Of a stretch of 64,000 bases of DNA, positions 1 to 9,624 are shown piece after piece (the first letter of the stretch is position 1; every line of letters starts with the position of its first letter). Made by a program: the position numbers and the translations under genes. Under the pieces are notes generated by a model. It searched no databases. It saw nothing but the letters and a program-made list of their open reading frames with translations, and had not been told where the DNA came from. The stretch comes from Spirochaetia bacterium (GTDB lineage Bacteria; Spirochaetota; Spirochaetia; UBA9216). The stretch spans positions 1,280,001-1,344,000 of the forward strand of contig CAXXYH010000003.1 of assembly GCA_963677925.2 (NCBI GenBank), read 5' to 3'.

Positions 1-2667
1 TTTCATGAGGATTCCGAGTGCCCGGGGATCTGCAAGAATTTCACCGTTGATATCGTCGACAGTATATGGTCCCCGGAGATCAGGATCTGTATAATTACAG
101 TACCAGGACCAGGAACCTGAACCGGTATTTATCGGCGCCTGTGTACCGGGAAGCATTATTTCTGCTGTGCAGTTTGCAGGAATTTCAGCATCAAGATAAA
201 ACTTCCCGCCTTCTATCTTCCATGAAACGTTGATCTTTCCATAAGGGGAGATGTGAGTTGCACTGCAATGCGCTATTCCCCCGCCCGGTCTTGGGGCTAT
301 TCTTACATGCCTGTAGCCGGGTTCAGCAGATTCAATACCTGCTATGGTCCGGTGCATCCAGTCGGCCACAGCTCCAAGAGCGTAATGATTAAATGAGGTC
401 ATCTCTCCGGGATTAATACTGCCGTCGGGCAGCATTGAATCCCAGCGTTCCCAGACAGTGGTTGCGCCCATTGTAACGGGATACAGCCAGGACGGGCTGT
501 CCGTCTGCTTAAGCAGGCGGTAGGCTTCACGGTAATGTCCGCTCGAGCAGAGAGCGTCGCATATTATGGGTGTGCCGACAAAGCCGGTGCGGATATGATA
601 CCCGCCTTCCATGACAAGTTCCGCCAGACGATCTCCGGCTTTCTGCCTCTGCTTTTCATCCCTGAACAGGTCAAAAACTAAGGCAACTGAATATGCAGTT
701 TCTGCGTCATTCATCATTCGGCCGGAGCTTGTAACATACTCATTATAAAATGCATCAGCCGCAGAATCAGCAAGTTCCCGGTATTTTTGCTCATCTGCAG
801 TCCTGCCTAGCATGGCTGCAGTATCAGCGGTAATTTTTGCTGAACGGGCAAAGTAGGCTGTTGCCACTAATTCTGTGGATGTTCTGGCGTTCCAGGGCTG
901 ATCGGGAGGTGCCGTAGGATCAAGCCAGTCGCCGAACTGGAAGCCTCTGTTCCATAAAAAATCATCTCCGGCCGATGCTGCTATAAAATCGACCCAGTTC
1001 TTCATACTTTCAAACTGAGCTTCCGGGATTCCGGCATCGCCGAATCGGTCATATAAAACCCTGGGAACAACAGCCGCTGCATCACCCCAGGCCGCGGCGC
1101 CGAATGCTTCTCCAAGGGCATTGGGAACAACAGGAGGAACTGCGCCCCCTATTTTCTTCTGCTCAGAGGAGAGGTCGCGGAGCCATGACTGGAGAAAGGA
1201 TGAAACATCATAAAGGAAAGAAGCTGTTGGTGAAAAAACCTGAAGGTCGCCTGTCCACCCGAGCCGCTCATCCCGCTGCGGGCAGTCGGTAGGGACTGAG
1301 AGAAAATTACCCTTCAGCCCCCAGCGGATATTTTCATGCAGCCTGTTCAGAAGTTTATCCGAGGTCTCTAACCAGCCGGTCCTTTCCATATCGGAATGTA
1401 TTACCCTTGCTTCGAAAAACTCAGGCTTTATCTCGCCCGGCCACCCTGAAACCTCGGCATACCTGAAACCGTGAAAGGTGAAGACAGGTTCAAAGATTTC
1501 TTCGGCTTCACCTTTCAGAATATAACGGTCTGTTGCTTCTGCCATTCTTAGCGGCCTGACACCAAGTTCTCCGTTTTCAAGTACTTCTGCATGACGGATG
1601 ATAAGCTCCTGCCCGGCTTTACCGGAAACTCTTATGCGAAGACTTCCCACAAGGTTCTGGCCGAAGTCAAGAATTGTTTTTCCTGATGGACTGGTGATTA
1701 CTTCCTTTATTTTGAGGGTTTCGATTTCCCTGACCGGCGGACTCAGCATCGGCTGAAGAATGGATACAGGCGTATCAAGGAGCTCGACATAACGCCATAT
1801 GCTGTCATCAAAGCGGGGGCTGCTCCATCCTTCAGGTTCCTGCCGGGCATCAACCCTTTCACCGTCATAAATGCTGCTTGAAAGAATTGAGCCTGAGGAC
1901 CATTTCCAGCTTCCATCGCTGACTACAGTTTCCCGACTCCCGTCGGAATAGAAGAGTTCAATCTGGGTGATAAAACCTAGCCTGTTTCCCCAGATATCAC
2001 GTTTCCCGCCTTCGAACCCGATTCTGCCCTTATACCAGCCCTCGGCAAGAACTGCGCCTACCGTGTTTACTCCTTCATTCAGCAGAGCGGTAATATCAAA
2101 AGTCTGGTAGTTGAGTATGGTATCATAGGAGGTCCATCCCGGAGTAAAAAGCTGATCTCCGGCTTTGACCCCATTGAGACGGCACTCATAAAGACCCAGG
2201 GCGCTCGAATACATTCTTGCCTTAACAAGTCCAGGTGCAACCTTGAACTCCTTCCGAAGATACGGTGAGGCCGCGGTGACTCCGGGAACTTCCTCCCTGG
2301 AGGGACTTATGAAATAAGCACTCCAGTCTGATTCATCCAGCAGTCCCGCCTCAATATGCAGAGGCTCACTCCACGTAGAGGCATCATCAGAACTGCTGCC
2401 CCAGACTCTTACGCTCACGGTTAGAGCCTGCCTCGAAATTAACGGCGGAAACGGCCACCCGGCGTAGATTGATTCACTGCTTTCAACCGGACCTGAGGTC
2501 TGTTCAGATCCGGAAGCCGGATCGATTATTTTTATTTCATACCGGCTTTGCCGCCAGTTTCTTTCATTCGTCTGAATCTTCCAGGAAATCCTGGGGATTC
2601 GGCTTCCGATACCGAACGTTTCCCTGTAATTTTCAGCGCGCAGGCTGTAAACCCAAAAATTATTCAA
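1..2667 (-). CDS. Alpha-L-rhamnosidase (GH78), 3' end truncated by the window edge
   Basis: Not in the ORF track because it has no stop inside the window. Manual translation: TTG start at 2667 after an AAGGAG SD gives MNNFWVYSLRAENYRETFGIGSRIPRISWK. It contains GH78 motifs VPTDCPQRDERLGWTGD (~1250-1295), GATTVWERWD and MTSFNHYALGAV (~370-470), and is still reading at base 1. Confidence 0.92.
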   Translation of the reverse strand, partial: MNNFWVYSLRAENYRETFGIGSRIPRISWKIQTNERNWRQSRYEIKIIDPASGSEQTSGPVESSESIYAGWPFPPLISRQALTVSVRVWGSSSDDASTWSEPLHIEAGLLDESDWSAYFISPSREEVPGVTAASPYLRKEFKVAPGLVKARMYSSALGLYECRLNGVKAGDQLFTPGWTSYDTILNYQTFDITALLNEGVNTVGAVLAEGWYKGRIGFEGGKRDIWGNRLGFITQIELFYSDGSRETVVSDGSWKWSSGSILSSSIYDGERVDARQEPEGWSSPRFDDSIWRYVELLDTPVSILQPMLSPPVREIETLKIKEVITSPSGKTILDFGQNLVGSLRIRVSGKAGQELIIRHAEVLENGELGVRPLRMAEATDRYILKGEAEEIFEPVFTFHGFRYAEVSGWPGEIKPEFFEARVIHSDMERTGWLETSDKLLNRLHENIRWGLKGNFLSVPTDCPQRDERLGWTGDLQVFSPTASFLYDVSSFLQSWLRDLSSEQKKIGGAVPPVVPNALGEAFGAAAWGDAAAVVPRVLYDRFGDAGIPEAQFESMKNWVDFIAASAGDDFLWNRGFQFGDWLDPTAPPDQPWNARTSTELVATAYFARSAKITADTAAMLGRTADEQKYRELADSAADAFYNEYVTSSGRMMNDAETAYSVALVFDLFRDEKQRQKAGDRLAELVMEGGYHIRTGFVGTPIICDALCSSGHYREAYRLLKQTDSPSWLYPVTMGATTVWERWDSMLPDGSINPGEMTSFNHYALGAVADWMHRTIAGIESAEPGYRHVRIAPRPGGGIAHCSATHISPYGKINVSWKIEGGKFYLDAEIPANCTAEIMLPGTQAPINTGSGSWSWYCNYTDPDLRGPYTVDDINGEILADPRALGILMK

Positions 2668-2692
2668 TTATTATCTCCTTCAGTCCATATTT

Positions 2693-3340
2693 TCAGCTGT
2701 GCAGACCCTTAAGAAACAGTTCTGCAATCTGGATAAATATGTCACGGCTGGGAATGCTGAACTCCTCATCTAACTTAGGTCCCAGTTCACCTATCCTGTT
2801 CATAAGGCCTGAGTTCAGATTAAAAATCGAGGCTATGATCATATCAATGCTGATATCAACCCTGATGCTTCCGTCAGCCTGACCGGATTCCACAGCCTTT
2901 CTGAGATTAAGCTCCCCTTCCCCCAAAGCTCCTCGAATTATTTCCAGAGCCTGCTCACCGGCCCAATGCTTTGCGTAAAGATAGTTGAACTCTGCAATAA
3001 AAGAGGCTTCCCTGATATTGTCAAACATTCTATTTATATGCCTCATTATGAATTTCTCAACAGTTTCATACCCCGAGGCCATGTGGCTCCAGACTTTTAC
3101 CCTGTCATCCTCTGCCCATCCGGCAGTTACAGTCTTGAATATTTCAATGGCCATATCTTCTTTACATGAAAAATATTTATACAAAGTAGGCCTTGTAATG
3201 TTTGCGGTCTGTGCGATATCGATTATGGTCACAGCCTCAATGCCTTTTTTTATAAAAAGATCTTCAGCTGTATTTAATAACTGCTCACGCTGACTTTCCC
3301 GATGCCTTGTATACTGACCTTTTGCCACAATGCTCTCCAT
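2693..3340 (-). CDS. TetR/AcrR family regulator
   Basis: N-terminal HTH (AEDLFIKKGIEAVTIIDIAQTANITRPTLYKYFSCKEDM); lies directly upstream of GH78 on the same strand. Confidence 0.9.
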   Translation of the reverse strand: MESIVAKGQYTRHRESQREQLLNTAEDLFIKKGIEAVTIIDIAQTANITRPTLYKYFSCKEDMAIEIFKTVTAGWAEDDRVKVWSHMASGYETVEKFIMRHINRMFDNIREASFIAEFNYLYAKHWAGEQALEIIRGALGEGELNLRKAVESGQADGSIRVDISIDMIIASIFNLNSGLMNRIGELGPKLDEEFSIPSRDIFIQIAELFLKGLHS

Positions 3341-3358
3341 TTATTTCATTTTTATATA

Positions 3359-3425
3359 TTTACAGTATGTTTAAATTTTTACATAGTGTTTATTTTATAA
3401 TAGAATATATCTTTTCCACTGTCAA
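3359..3425 (-). promoter_or_regulatory. Sigma70 promoter of tetR-GH78 plus two candidate operator repeats
   Basis: Minus strand TTGACA-N17-TATTAT (3425-3397), followed by two copies of TAAACA-N3-TGTAAA (plus strand TTTACA-N3-TGTTTA at 3359-3373 and 3378-3392). Confidence 0.6.
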
Positions 3426-3491
3426 ATTAAGAATTGATTAAATATACTCAGTTGTCTGGATCATATTTTCACGTATGTATACTATCTGAGG

Positions 3492-4403
3492 ATGGGTATA
3501 ATAGAAGTAAACAGGCTGAATAAGCGCTACGGAACCGTTGAAGCAGTAAACAATATCAGCTTTTCGGTAGAAGAGAATTCATTCTTTGCCCTGCTCGGCC
3601 CCAACGGAGCAGGAAAAAGTACGACAATCAATATTCTATCAAGTCTGCTGGATTTTAATACCGGCGAAGTTAATATTGGCGGGCATAAACTTGGTCAGGA
3701 AGATAATGAGATAAGGAAAATTATCGGTGTTGTCTTCCAGGGTTCGATGCTTGACAACCTTCTTACTGTTAAGGAAAACCTTCATGTACGGGCAGCTTTT
3801 TATGGTATCAGCTCACATGAAACTGACAAACGGGTTGAACAGATAAATGAACTTCTTGAAATAAAACCATTCTATACTATGAAATACGGCAACCTCTCCG
3901 GCGGACAGAAAAGGAAAGCCGACATTGCAAGAGCTCTGCTAAACTGGCCGAGGATACTGATTCTGGACGAACCGACAACCGGACTTGATCCTAAAAGCAG
4001 ACGTGATATATGGGAACTGATCCATCGGCTCCGTCTTGAAAAAAACATTACTATATTCCTGACAACCCACTACATGCAGGAAGTTCAGGACGCGAACAGG
4101 GTTGTAATTATAGACAAAGGAAGCATAGTAGCTGAAGGTTCAAGCGATGAACTAAGATCGAAATATTCCCATGACAGATTGAAGGTTGCAATGAACAGCG
4201 ACCTTGAGAATCTTCTGAAAATAGAAAACAGAAAATATTACCTGATGAATGATACCATCAATATTGTTCTGGAAGATTCCTTTGAAGGGATTAATCTCGT
4301 GAATAAATACCGGGAATATATAAGCAGTTTTGAAATCCTGAAAGGAAATATGGATGATGTATTCCTAAATATAACCGGCAGGGAACTGGAGCTCAGGCAA
4401 TGA
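3492..4403 (+). CDS. ABC exporter ATP-binding subunit (DrrA-like)
   Basis: GPNGAGKST Walker A, LSGGQ signature, ILDEPTTGLD Walker B. Confidence 0.92.
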   Translation: MGIIEVNRLNKRYGTVEAVNNISFSVEENSFFALLGPNGAGKSTTINILSSLLDFNTGEVNIGGHKLGQEDNEIRKIIGVVFQGSMLDNLLTVKENLHVRAAFYGISSHETDKRVEQINELLEIKPFYTMKYGNLSGGQKRKADIARALLNWPRILILDEPTTGLDPKSRRDIWELIHRLRLEKNITIFLTTHYMQEVQDANRVVIIDKGSIVAEGSSDELRSKYSHDRLKVAMNSDLENLLKIENRKYYLMNDTINIVLEDSFEGINLVNKYREYISSFEILKGNMDDVFLNITGRELELRQ

Positions 4404-5275
4404 GAACATTAGCACAACTTGTGAAGCGGAATACTTTACTCTATTTAAGAGACAGGGCCTCGGTCTTTTTCTCCTTTCTTTCAGTAATTATTATTATTGC
4501 CATGTATATTCTCTTTCTGGGAAAAATGCAGGGAAATGATCTTTCAGATGCATTAGGAACAATTCCAGGAATAAACTGGCTTACCAGCAGCTGGATTATG
4601 GCCGGAATACTTACGGTTTCTACTGTTACAGTACCTCTGGCATCGCTTGGGACCCTTATCAGAGATAGGGAAAGCGGCAAAATCGCCGATTTCTACACAT
4701 CTCCAATCAGCAGACGGATACTGGCGCTCAGCTATATGCTCAGTTCATGGGTTATATCTTTCATCATGGTGGGGCTGAATCTTATAATAGGTCAGATATA
4801 CGTATTATCAAACGGCGGGGAATTCTTTCCATTACTGACCCTCTTTAAAATCATAGGTCTGTATACCCTGTCAATAATTTCATTCAGCAGCCTGTTCTTC
4901 TACATCAGCCTTTTTATGAAAAGTCTTAATGCCTTCAGCCTTCTCAGTACCCTGGTAGGTACTTTTGTGGGGTTTCTCGGAGGGATATATATACCGGTTG
5001 GAGTTCTCAGTGAAAATATTCAGAGAGTTATGAACCTGTTACCTACTGCACATAGTGTTACTCTTATAAGAAAAATCTACATGGAAGGTGCAGTAAACAA
5101 AGTTTTTGAAAATGCGCCCGAGCAGGCCTATACAAGCTATGCGCAAATGTACGGACTGTCAATCAAAATTGGTGACATGGAACTTTCAAATTCACTGATG
5201 CTTCTTAGTCTGGCTGTATTCGCCATAGTTTTCTATTTATTGAGTGTTTTAAAACTATCAAGATCCAAACTTTAA
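4400..5275 (+). CDS. ABC-2 type exporter permease
   Basis: About six hydrophobic segments; ATGA overlap with the ATPase gene. Confidence 0.87.
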   Translation: MRTLAQLVKRNTLLYLRDRASVFFSFLSVIIIIAMYILFLGKMQGNDLSDALGTIPGINWLTSSWIMAGILTVSTVTVPLASLGTLIRDRESGKIADFYTSPISRRILALSYMLSSWVISFIMVGLNLIIGQIYVLSNGGEFFPLLTLFKIIGLYTLSIISFSSLFFYISLFMKSLNAFSLLSTLVGTFVGFLGGIYIPVGVLSENIQRVMNLLPTAHSVTLIRKIYMEGAVNKVFENAPEQAYTSYAQMYGLSIKIGDMELSNSLMLLSLAVFAIVFYLLSVLKLSRSKL

Positions 5276-6640
5276 TCAGAAAAATACTGATACCGAAATC
5301 CCGGCGTAAAATCCTGAAAAATCGAGGGTCCATTCGCCCCCGCCGGGCATATTAATCGGATCAAAGCCGAAATACTTTTCTACAGCCTGGGAACTGTAAT
5401 TGCTTTCAACTGCATCGGCATAGTATTCCCAGTCACCTTCGGATGCAAATACGGATCTGAGCACAGCCGGCGGGATATACATATATCCGGCCACTCCGGT
5501 AACCGCTATTCTATTGGTAATAAAAACCTCAGGGCATAGCTCTATCTTTCCTCCTACTGTTGACTCAAAAACGTAGGTCATCGGCATGGTATCCTTCTGT
5601 GCAGTGACCGCACCCTCTGCGCCTGTGTCATCATACTCCTGATTGTTAAAAAAGAGATCCCCGTGGCTCCCGTACCGGACTTCCATTTCGGGATTAATAT
5701 AGCCGACTACCCCTGCATTAATTCCGATATTGAATGAGGGACTGAAATTGATCGTATACTGAAAATCAAGATGAGGGATGACTGTTGATGTAAGCTGTCC
5801 GGTAATCTGACCGACTGCGTCACCGCCGGTGTTGAATGTGTCCGGAAGATCGGGCTGTATATCGGAATACAGGATCTCCTGCTGATCAGTGTACATCGAG
5901 GGATCCCAGCGGTAATTCTCTCCCGTACCGACAAGATTCGTAATGACTCCTCCGGATATCATCCAGTCCCTGCTCAGTCTGTATTTTGCTGTTATATCAA
6001 CATAGACAGGATTCCATTTATTGAAAGTTTCAGCACCGTAGATGTATGAAAGCATTTTCGCAGTCAGACCGATTCCGTTTGCAGCAACGTAGCTGTATTT
6101 AAGCTCGGTTGACGCCTCAATGAGATCTGACTGGGGAAGAGAAAACCTGTGAACTGTGAGGATTTCACCTGATTCAATTTCGGAAAGTCTCAGAAGAACC
6201 TGAAAATTACTGCCCTCCTCTGCGACACTTCCGCTTACCAGCACGGATGTCCCGGTAATCTCTCCAATCTGAACAGCAGTGTCATCACTTACCATACCGG
6301 CCGCGGAAAATTTGATTTCATCAAGTATCCTGTCCAGATTAGTCCTGTCGGTAAGGACAAAGATCATGCTGCGGGTGACAGCCTCCTCAAGGTAAGCCCG
6401 GATAAGTTCTCCGATTTTTGCCCTGGCTGCGTTTTCTGAATCATTTTCTATGGTCATAACCGCCAGTCCCTGCATTGAGACCAGATCAGGGTGTTTTGCA
6501 ATATATGCCCTTGAGAATTCTTCCATTGATTCAGCTATACTTATTTTCAAACCGATGTCGGATTCGGCCTGTGCCGTCAGAAAGGCTGATGAAACAACGA
6601 ACAGTAATGCAAAAAGAAAATGCTTTTTCATATCTACCAT
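5276..6640 (-). CDS. Secreted protein: CsgG/FlgO/TolB-N-like domain plus probable C-terminal beta-barrel
   Basis: Signal peptide; CsgG-like segment DRTNLDRILDEIKFSAAGMVSDDTAVQIGEITG...LRLSEIESGEI; amphipathic beta-rich C-terminus ending GISVSVFF. Confidence 0.6.
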   Translation of the reverse strand: MVDMKKHFLFALLFVVSSAFLTAQAESDIGLKISIAESMEEFSRAYIAKHPDLVSMQGLAVMTIENDSENAARAKIGELIRAYLEEAVTRSMIFVLTDRTNLDRILDEIKFSAAGMVSDDTAVQIGEITGTSVLVSGSVAEEGSNFQVLLRLSEIESGEILTVHRFSLPQSDLIEASTELKYSYVAANGIGLTAKMLSYIYGAETFNKWNPVYVDITAKYRLSRDWMISGGVITNLVGTGENYRWDPSMYTDQQEILYSDIQPDLPDTFNTGGDAVGQITGQLTSTVIPHLDFQYTINFSPSFNIGINAGVVGYINPEMEVRYGSHGDLFFNNQEYDDTGAEGAVTAQKDTMPMTYVFESTVGGKIELCPEVFITNRIAVTGVAGYMYIPPAVLRSVFASEGDWEYYADAVESNYSSQAVEKYFGFDPINMPGGGEWTLDFSGFYAGISVSVFF

Positions 6641-6812
6641 CCAGTTTCTTTATTTATCAGGATTTAATTATAATACATTCGGGTCCAATTTGGAAATTGT
6701 CCCTTGAATTGATGAATTTTAACTGAATGCATTCAATAAAACACTTGACGGCACAACATAGCGATATTAGACTTTACCAATGTACTCATATTATTCCTTA
6801 AGGAGGTTGAAT

Positions 6813-7328
6813 ATGGCAGATTTAAAAGAAGCATTGGAAAATCTCGATATTGCGGAAGCATACGGCCTTGCAATCAAGGTTGAAGAAGACGGTTTTGCTT
6901 TTTATGACAAGGCAAGCCAGTTAGCAGAAGACAAAAAAACCAAAGAGGATTTGGCTTTTCTCCGTGATCAGGAAAAGGGGCATAAGCTATATTTTGAAAA
7001 GCTTTTAAAGGAAACCGGAAAGGACTACAAGGAAGATACAAGTTCTGCCCTGCATGCATGGGTTAATAAGCAGCTGGTTGAGCCGGTTAAAAAGGCACTC
7101 GAGCAGAATCCTCCGAAAACAAGTGATGAAGCTGTTCAGATAGGAATCAGACTGGAAACAAACAGCGTCCTGCTTTATAAAAGCATAAGGAAGGCTACTG
7201 ATTCAAAAGACATAAAAAAGGCTATCAAGAAAATCATCAGGGAAGAACAAAGCCACAGAGAGTTTCTTAAAGCCATACTGAAATATTCCTCATTAAGAGA
7301 AATTATCATGGATGGACTTGAATCCTGA
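6813..7328 (+). CDS. Ferritin-like/rubrerythrin-family diiron protein
   Basis: AIKVEEDGFAFY...EKGH and IRLETNS...EEQSH paired ExxH motifs; AGGAGG SD before ATG 6813 (in-frame alternative ATG at 6780). Confidence 0.8.
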   Translation: MADLKEALENLDIAEAYGLAIKVEEDGFAFYDKASQLAEDKKTKEDLAFLRDQEKGHKLYFEKLLKETGKDYKEDTSSALHAWVNKQLVEPVKKALEQNPPKTSDEAVQIGIRLETNSVLLYKSIRKATDSKDIKKAIKKIIREEQSHREFLKAILKYSSLREIIMDGLES

Positions 7329-7355
7329 GAAGGATTTTTTAGTTTATCTCATCAG

Positions 7356-7390
7356 GAGGCTGACAGATTATAAGTCAGCCTCTTTTTTTT
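7356..7390 (+). terminator. Intrinsic terminator between convergent genes
   Basis: GAGGCTGAC-N9-GTCAGCCTC followed by T8. Confidence 0.8.
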
Positions 7391-7391
7391 A

Positions 7392-8588
7392 TTATTCAAA
7401 TAAGTCTTTCTTTTTTACTGTAAAAAGGTAGCAGACAAATGCAAGAAACGCTACCAGCGCAGAACCGGTAAAGACATTCCCGAGACCGAGAAAATCACCG
7501 ATTACCCCCCAGGCAAGAGACCCGATGCCGATTCCGGCATCCATTGCGAGATAAAAGGTAGCGTTGGCAGCAGCCCGCTCTTTTTTGGTGGTCTTCACTA
7601 CAGCCCCTACATTCAGCAGCAGTGATGAAAATCCATAGCCAAGGCCGTAGATTAATGCAACCGGAATCAGCAGATACACAGATCTTACAAATATAATTCC
7701 AACAGTCCCTGCAAAAACCGCCAAAAGGCCGGCAGCAAGAACTGTATATTCGGAAAAACGGCCTGAAACTTTACCTGCAAAAAGCCTGGAAAATCCTACA
7801 CCGGCGGCTCTTACAGTAAAGTAGAGGGCAATGCTTTCTATCCCCACAAGTTTTGCATAGGGAACAAGAAAAGTAGAAACAGCGGCACTGAGCAGAGCTA
7901 AAATTCCCATAAAAAGTGATGCATAAGCCGCCTTGGGTTCTATTATTCTACTGATAAAGCTGACTGCCTTTTCACCGGGCTCCTTACATACTTCAACTGT
8001 CTCACAGGCAGATTTGAAGGAACGGCTCTCATATCTGACAAAAACAGCGGCTATAGCCGATGCCGCAGCAATTATCCCGGTAATCACAAACCCGGCGCTG
8101 TAACCGGTTATATCTATCAGCATCAGAGCCGCTGCAGGACCGGCAGCCTGAGCAAGTGTTGCAGTCAAACCGTAATATCCCAGCCCTTCAACCAGCCGTT
8201 TCTGAGGAACTATATCAGTTACCATTGTGGTGCTGGCAACTGACTGGAAAGAGAAGCCTACTCCGCACAGGGCCTGAAAAATAAAAAGCATCGGAAGATT
8301 ATATATAAAACCGAATGGTATGGTTGTTACTGCAAATAGCAGAGTACCGATGGTGAACATTGACTTCCGCCCGTATTTATCAATTATATTTCCGGAAAAT
8401 GGACGCAAAACTATTGAAGCTACCGTAAATACCGTCATTGCAGCCCCGGCTATTGTTTTTGAGGAGAAAAGATCAAGCAGATATAGAGGCTGCAGCGTCA
8501 TCTTTATAAACATAGCAAGACGAACCAGCAGTCCGATTATAGAAACAAGATAAAAATCAAGAGTAAAAAGCTTTTCAGTTTTTTCCAT
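7392..8588 (-). CDS. MFS transporter
   Basis: About 12 TM segments; motif A-like GNIIDKYGRK. Confidence 0.9.
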   Translation of the reverse strand: MEKTEKLFTLDFYLVSIIGLLVRLAMFIKMTLQPLYLLDLFSSKTIAGAAMTVFTVASIVLRPFSGNIIDKYGRKSMFTIGTLLFAVTTIPFGFIYNLPMLFIFQALCGVGFSFQSVASTTMVTDIVPQKRLVEGLGYYGLTATLAQAAGPAAALMLIDITGYSAGFVITGIIAAASAIAAVFVRYESRSFKSACETVEVCKEPGEKAVSFISRIIEPKAAYASLFMGILALLSAAVSTFLVPYAKLVGIESIALYFTVRAAGVGFSRLFAGKVSGRFSEYTVLAAGLLAVFAGTVGIIFVRSVYLLIPVALIYGLGYGFSSLLLNVGAVVKTTKKERAAANATFYLAMDAGIGIGSLAWGVIGDFLGLGNVFTGSALVAFLAFVCYLFTVKKKDLFE

Positions 8589-8898
8589 TAGCGCCGCCGT
8601 TTCCTGTAGTTGTATAATCAGTTGGTTTATTCTGCCCTATGCCAGCTTGGGAAGGTCAAGGATTTTTTTAATATTAATAGTTTTTTTGCACAATTGTTAA
8701 TTTTGTAAATTATTTTGATTTTCCTTGAAATAAGCAATACAGGGCAGTAATTTATAGTTACGTTTCGTCGAACATAAATTCTTTTTAAATCACGACAGCG
8801 AAGTGATTCACAGGTTTTCAATTTCCTGTCCGGTATAATAATTTGAGACTTCCTTATTTGACACAACCTTACCGGGCTGTCGGTTTTATTTCATCCGC

Positions 8899-9480
8899 TT
8901 AGATATCATTTAATTTAAGATAACTCTTCATCGAATGATACATAGTCCCGGCAAGAAATTCTGCGAACTGGTCTTCAGGCATCGGAGATTCAGAAGACAG
9001 CCAGTCGCCAATAACAAAAAGAAATCCGTAGCTGTTAAAATCAATAAACAGCTGCTGATGTTCGAGTTCTTTTCCTTCAGCATTATTAAGAGAATCAACT
9101 ATCCTCTTCTTTGTATTGATCCGTATACTGTCAAAAACAAAACGGTAATCGCCGCTGCAGAAAAGACGTCGATGCAGAGCTTTATTTTTTAATATAATCC
9201 CTAAAAAACCCGTCACAAAACGGTTGTAATGCTCAAGTTCAAGCGGAAGGCTGCTGAAATCCTGAAGCCCTGAGAGATCTTCCATTATTTCCTGCTGCAG
9301 TTCTTCGAGAATACTGTACTGAGACTGATAATGACGGTAAAAGGTTTTACGGTTTATATCGGCCCTCCTGGCTATTTCACTCACGGTAATATCTCTGTAA
9401 TCCATTTCAAGAATAAGCTCTTTGAAGATATTTCTGATCTGAGCATGAGTTTTAATATACCTTTTATCCGTCCTTTCCAA
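8899..9480 (-). CDS. TetR/AcrR family regulator
   Basis: DKRYIKT...ITVSEIARRADINRKTFYRHY HTH. A GGAGG SD favours TTG 9480 over the track start at 9561. Divergent from the esterase. Confidence 0.88.
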   Translation of the reverse strand: MERTDKRYIKTHAQIRNIFKELILEMDYRDITVSEIARRADINRKTFYRHYQSQYSILEELQQEIMEDLSGLQDFSSLPLELEHYNRFVTGFLGIILKNKALHRRLFCSGDYRFVFDSIRINTKKRIVDSLNNAEGKELEHQQLFIDFNSYGFLFVIGDWLSSESPMPEDQFAEFLAGTMYHSMKSYLKLNDI

Positions 9481-9624
9481 TAAAACCTCCCTTCTACCAC
9501 AGTATTTGAAAATCTGTGGCATAAACCACTCTTGGTAAAAGATCGCCCCTTGATTTATCATAGATCAGGATTATCATATTATAAAGCTTTTAAGCGACAC
9601 CTGTGGCAGAAAAAGGAGTTACTG

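Noticed and set aside
1104-2882. Plus-strand ORFs at 1104-1292 and 2469-2882
   Set aside because: They are antisense shadows of the GH78 and tetR genes with no recognisable motifs.
8589-8898. 310-bp AT-rich gap with a 79-aa ORF and a plus-strand TATAAT
   Set aside because: No SD, family similarity or convincing RNA structure; treated as a promoter/spacer region.
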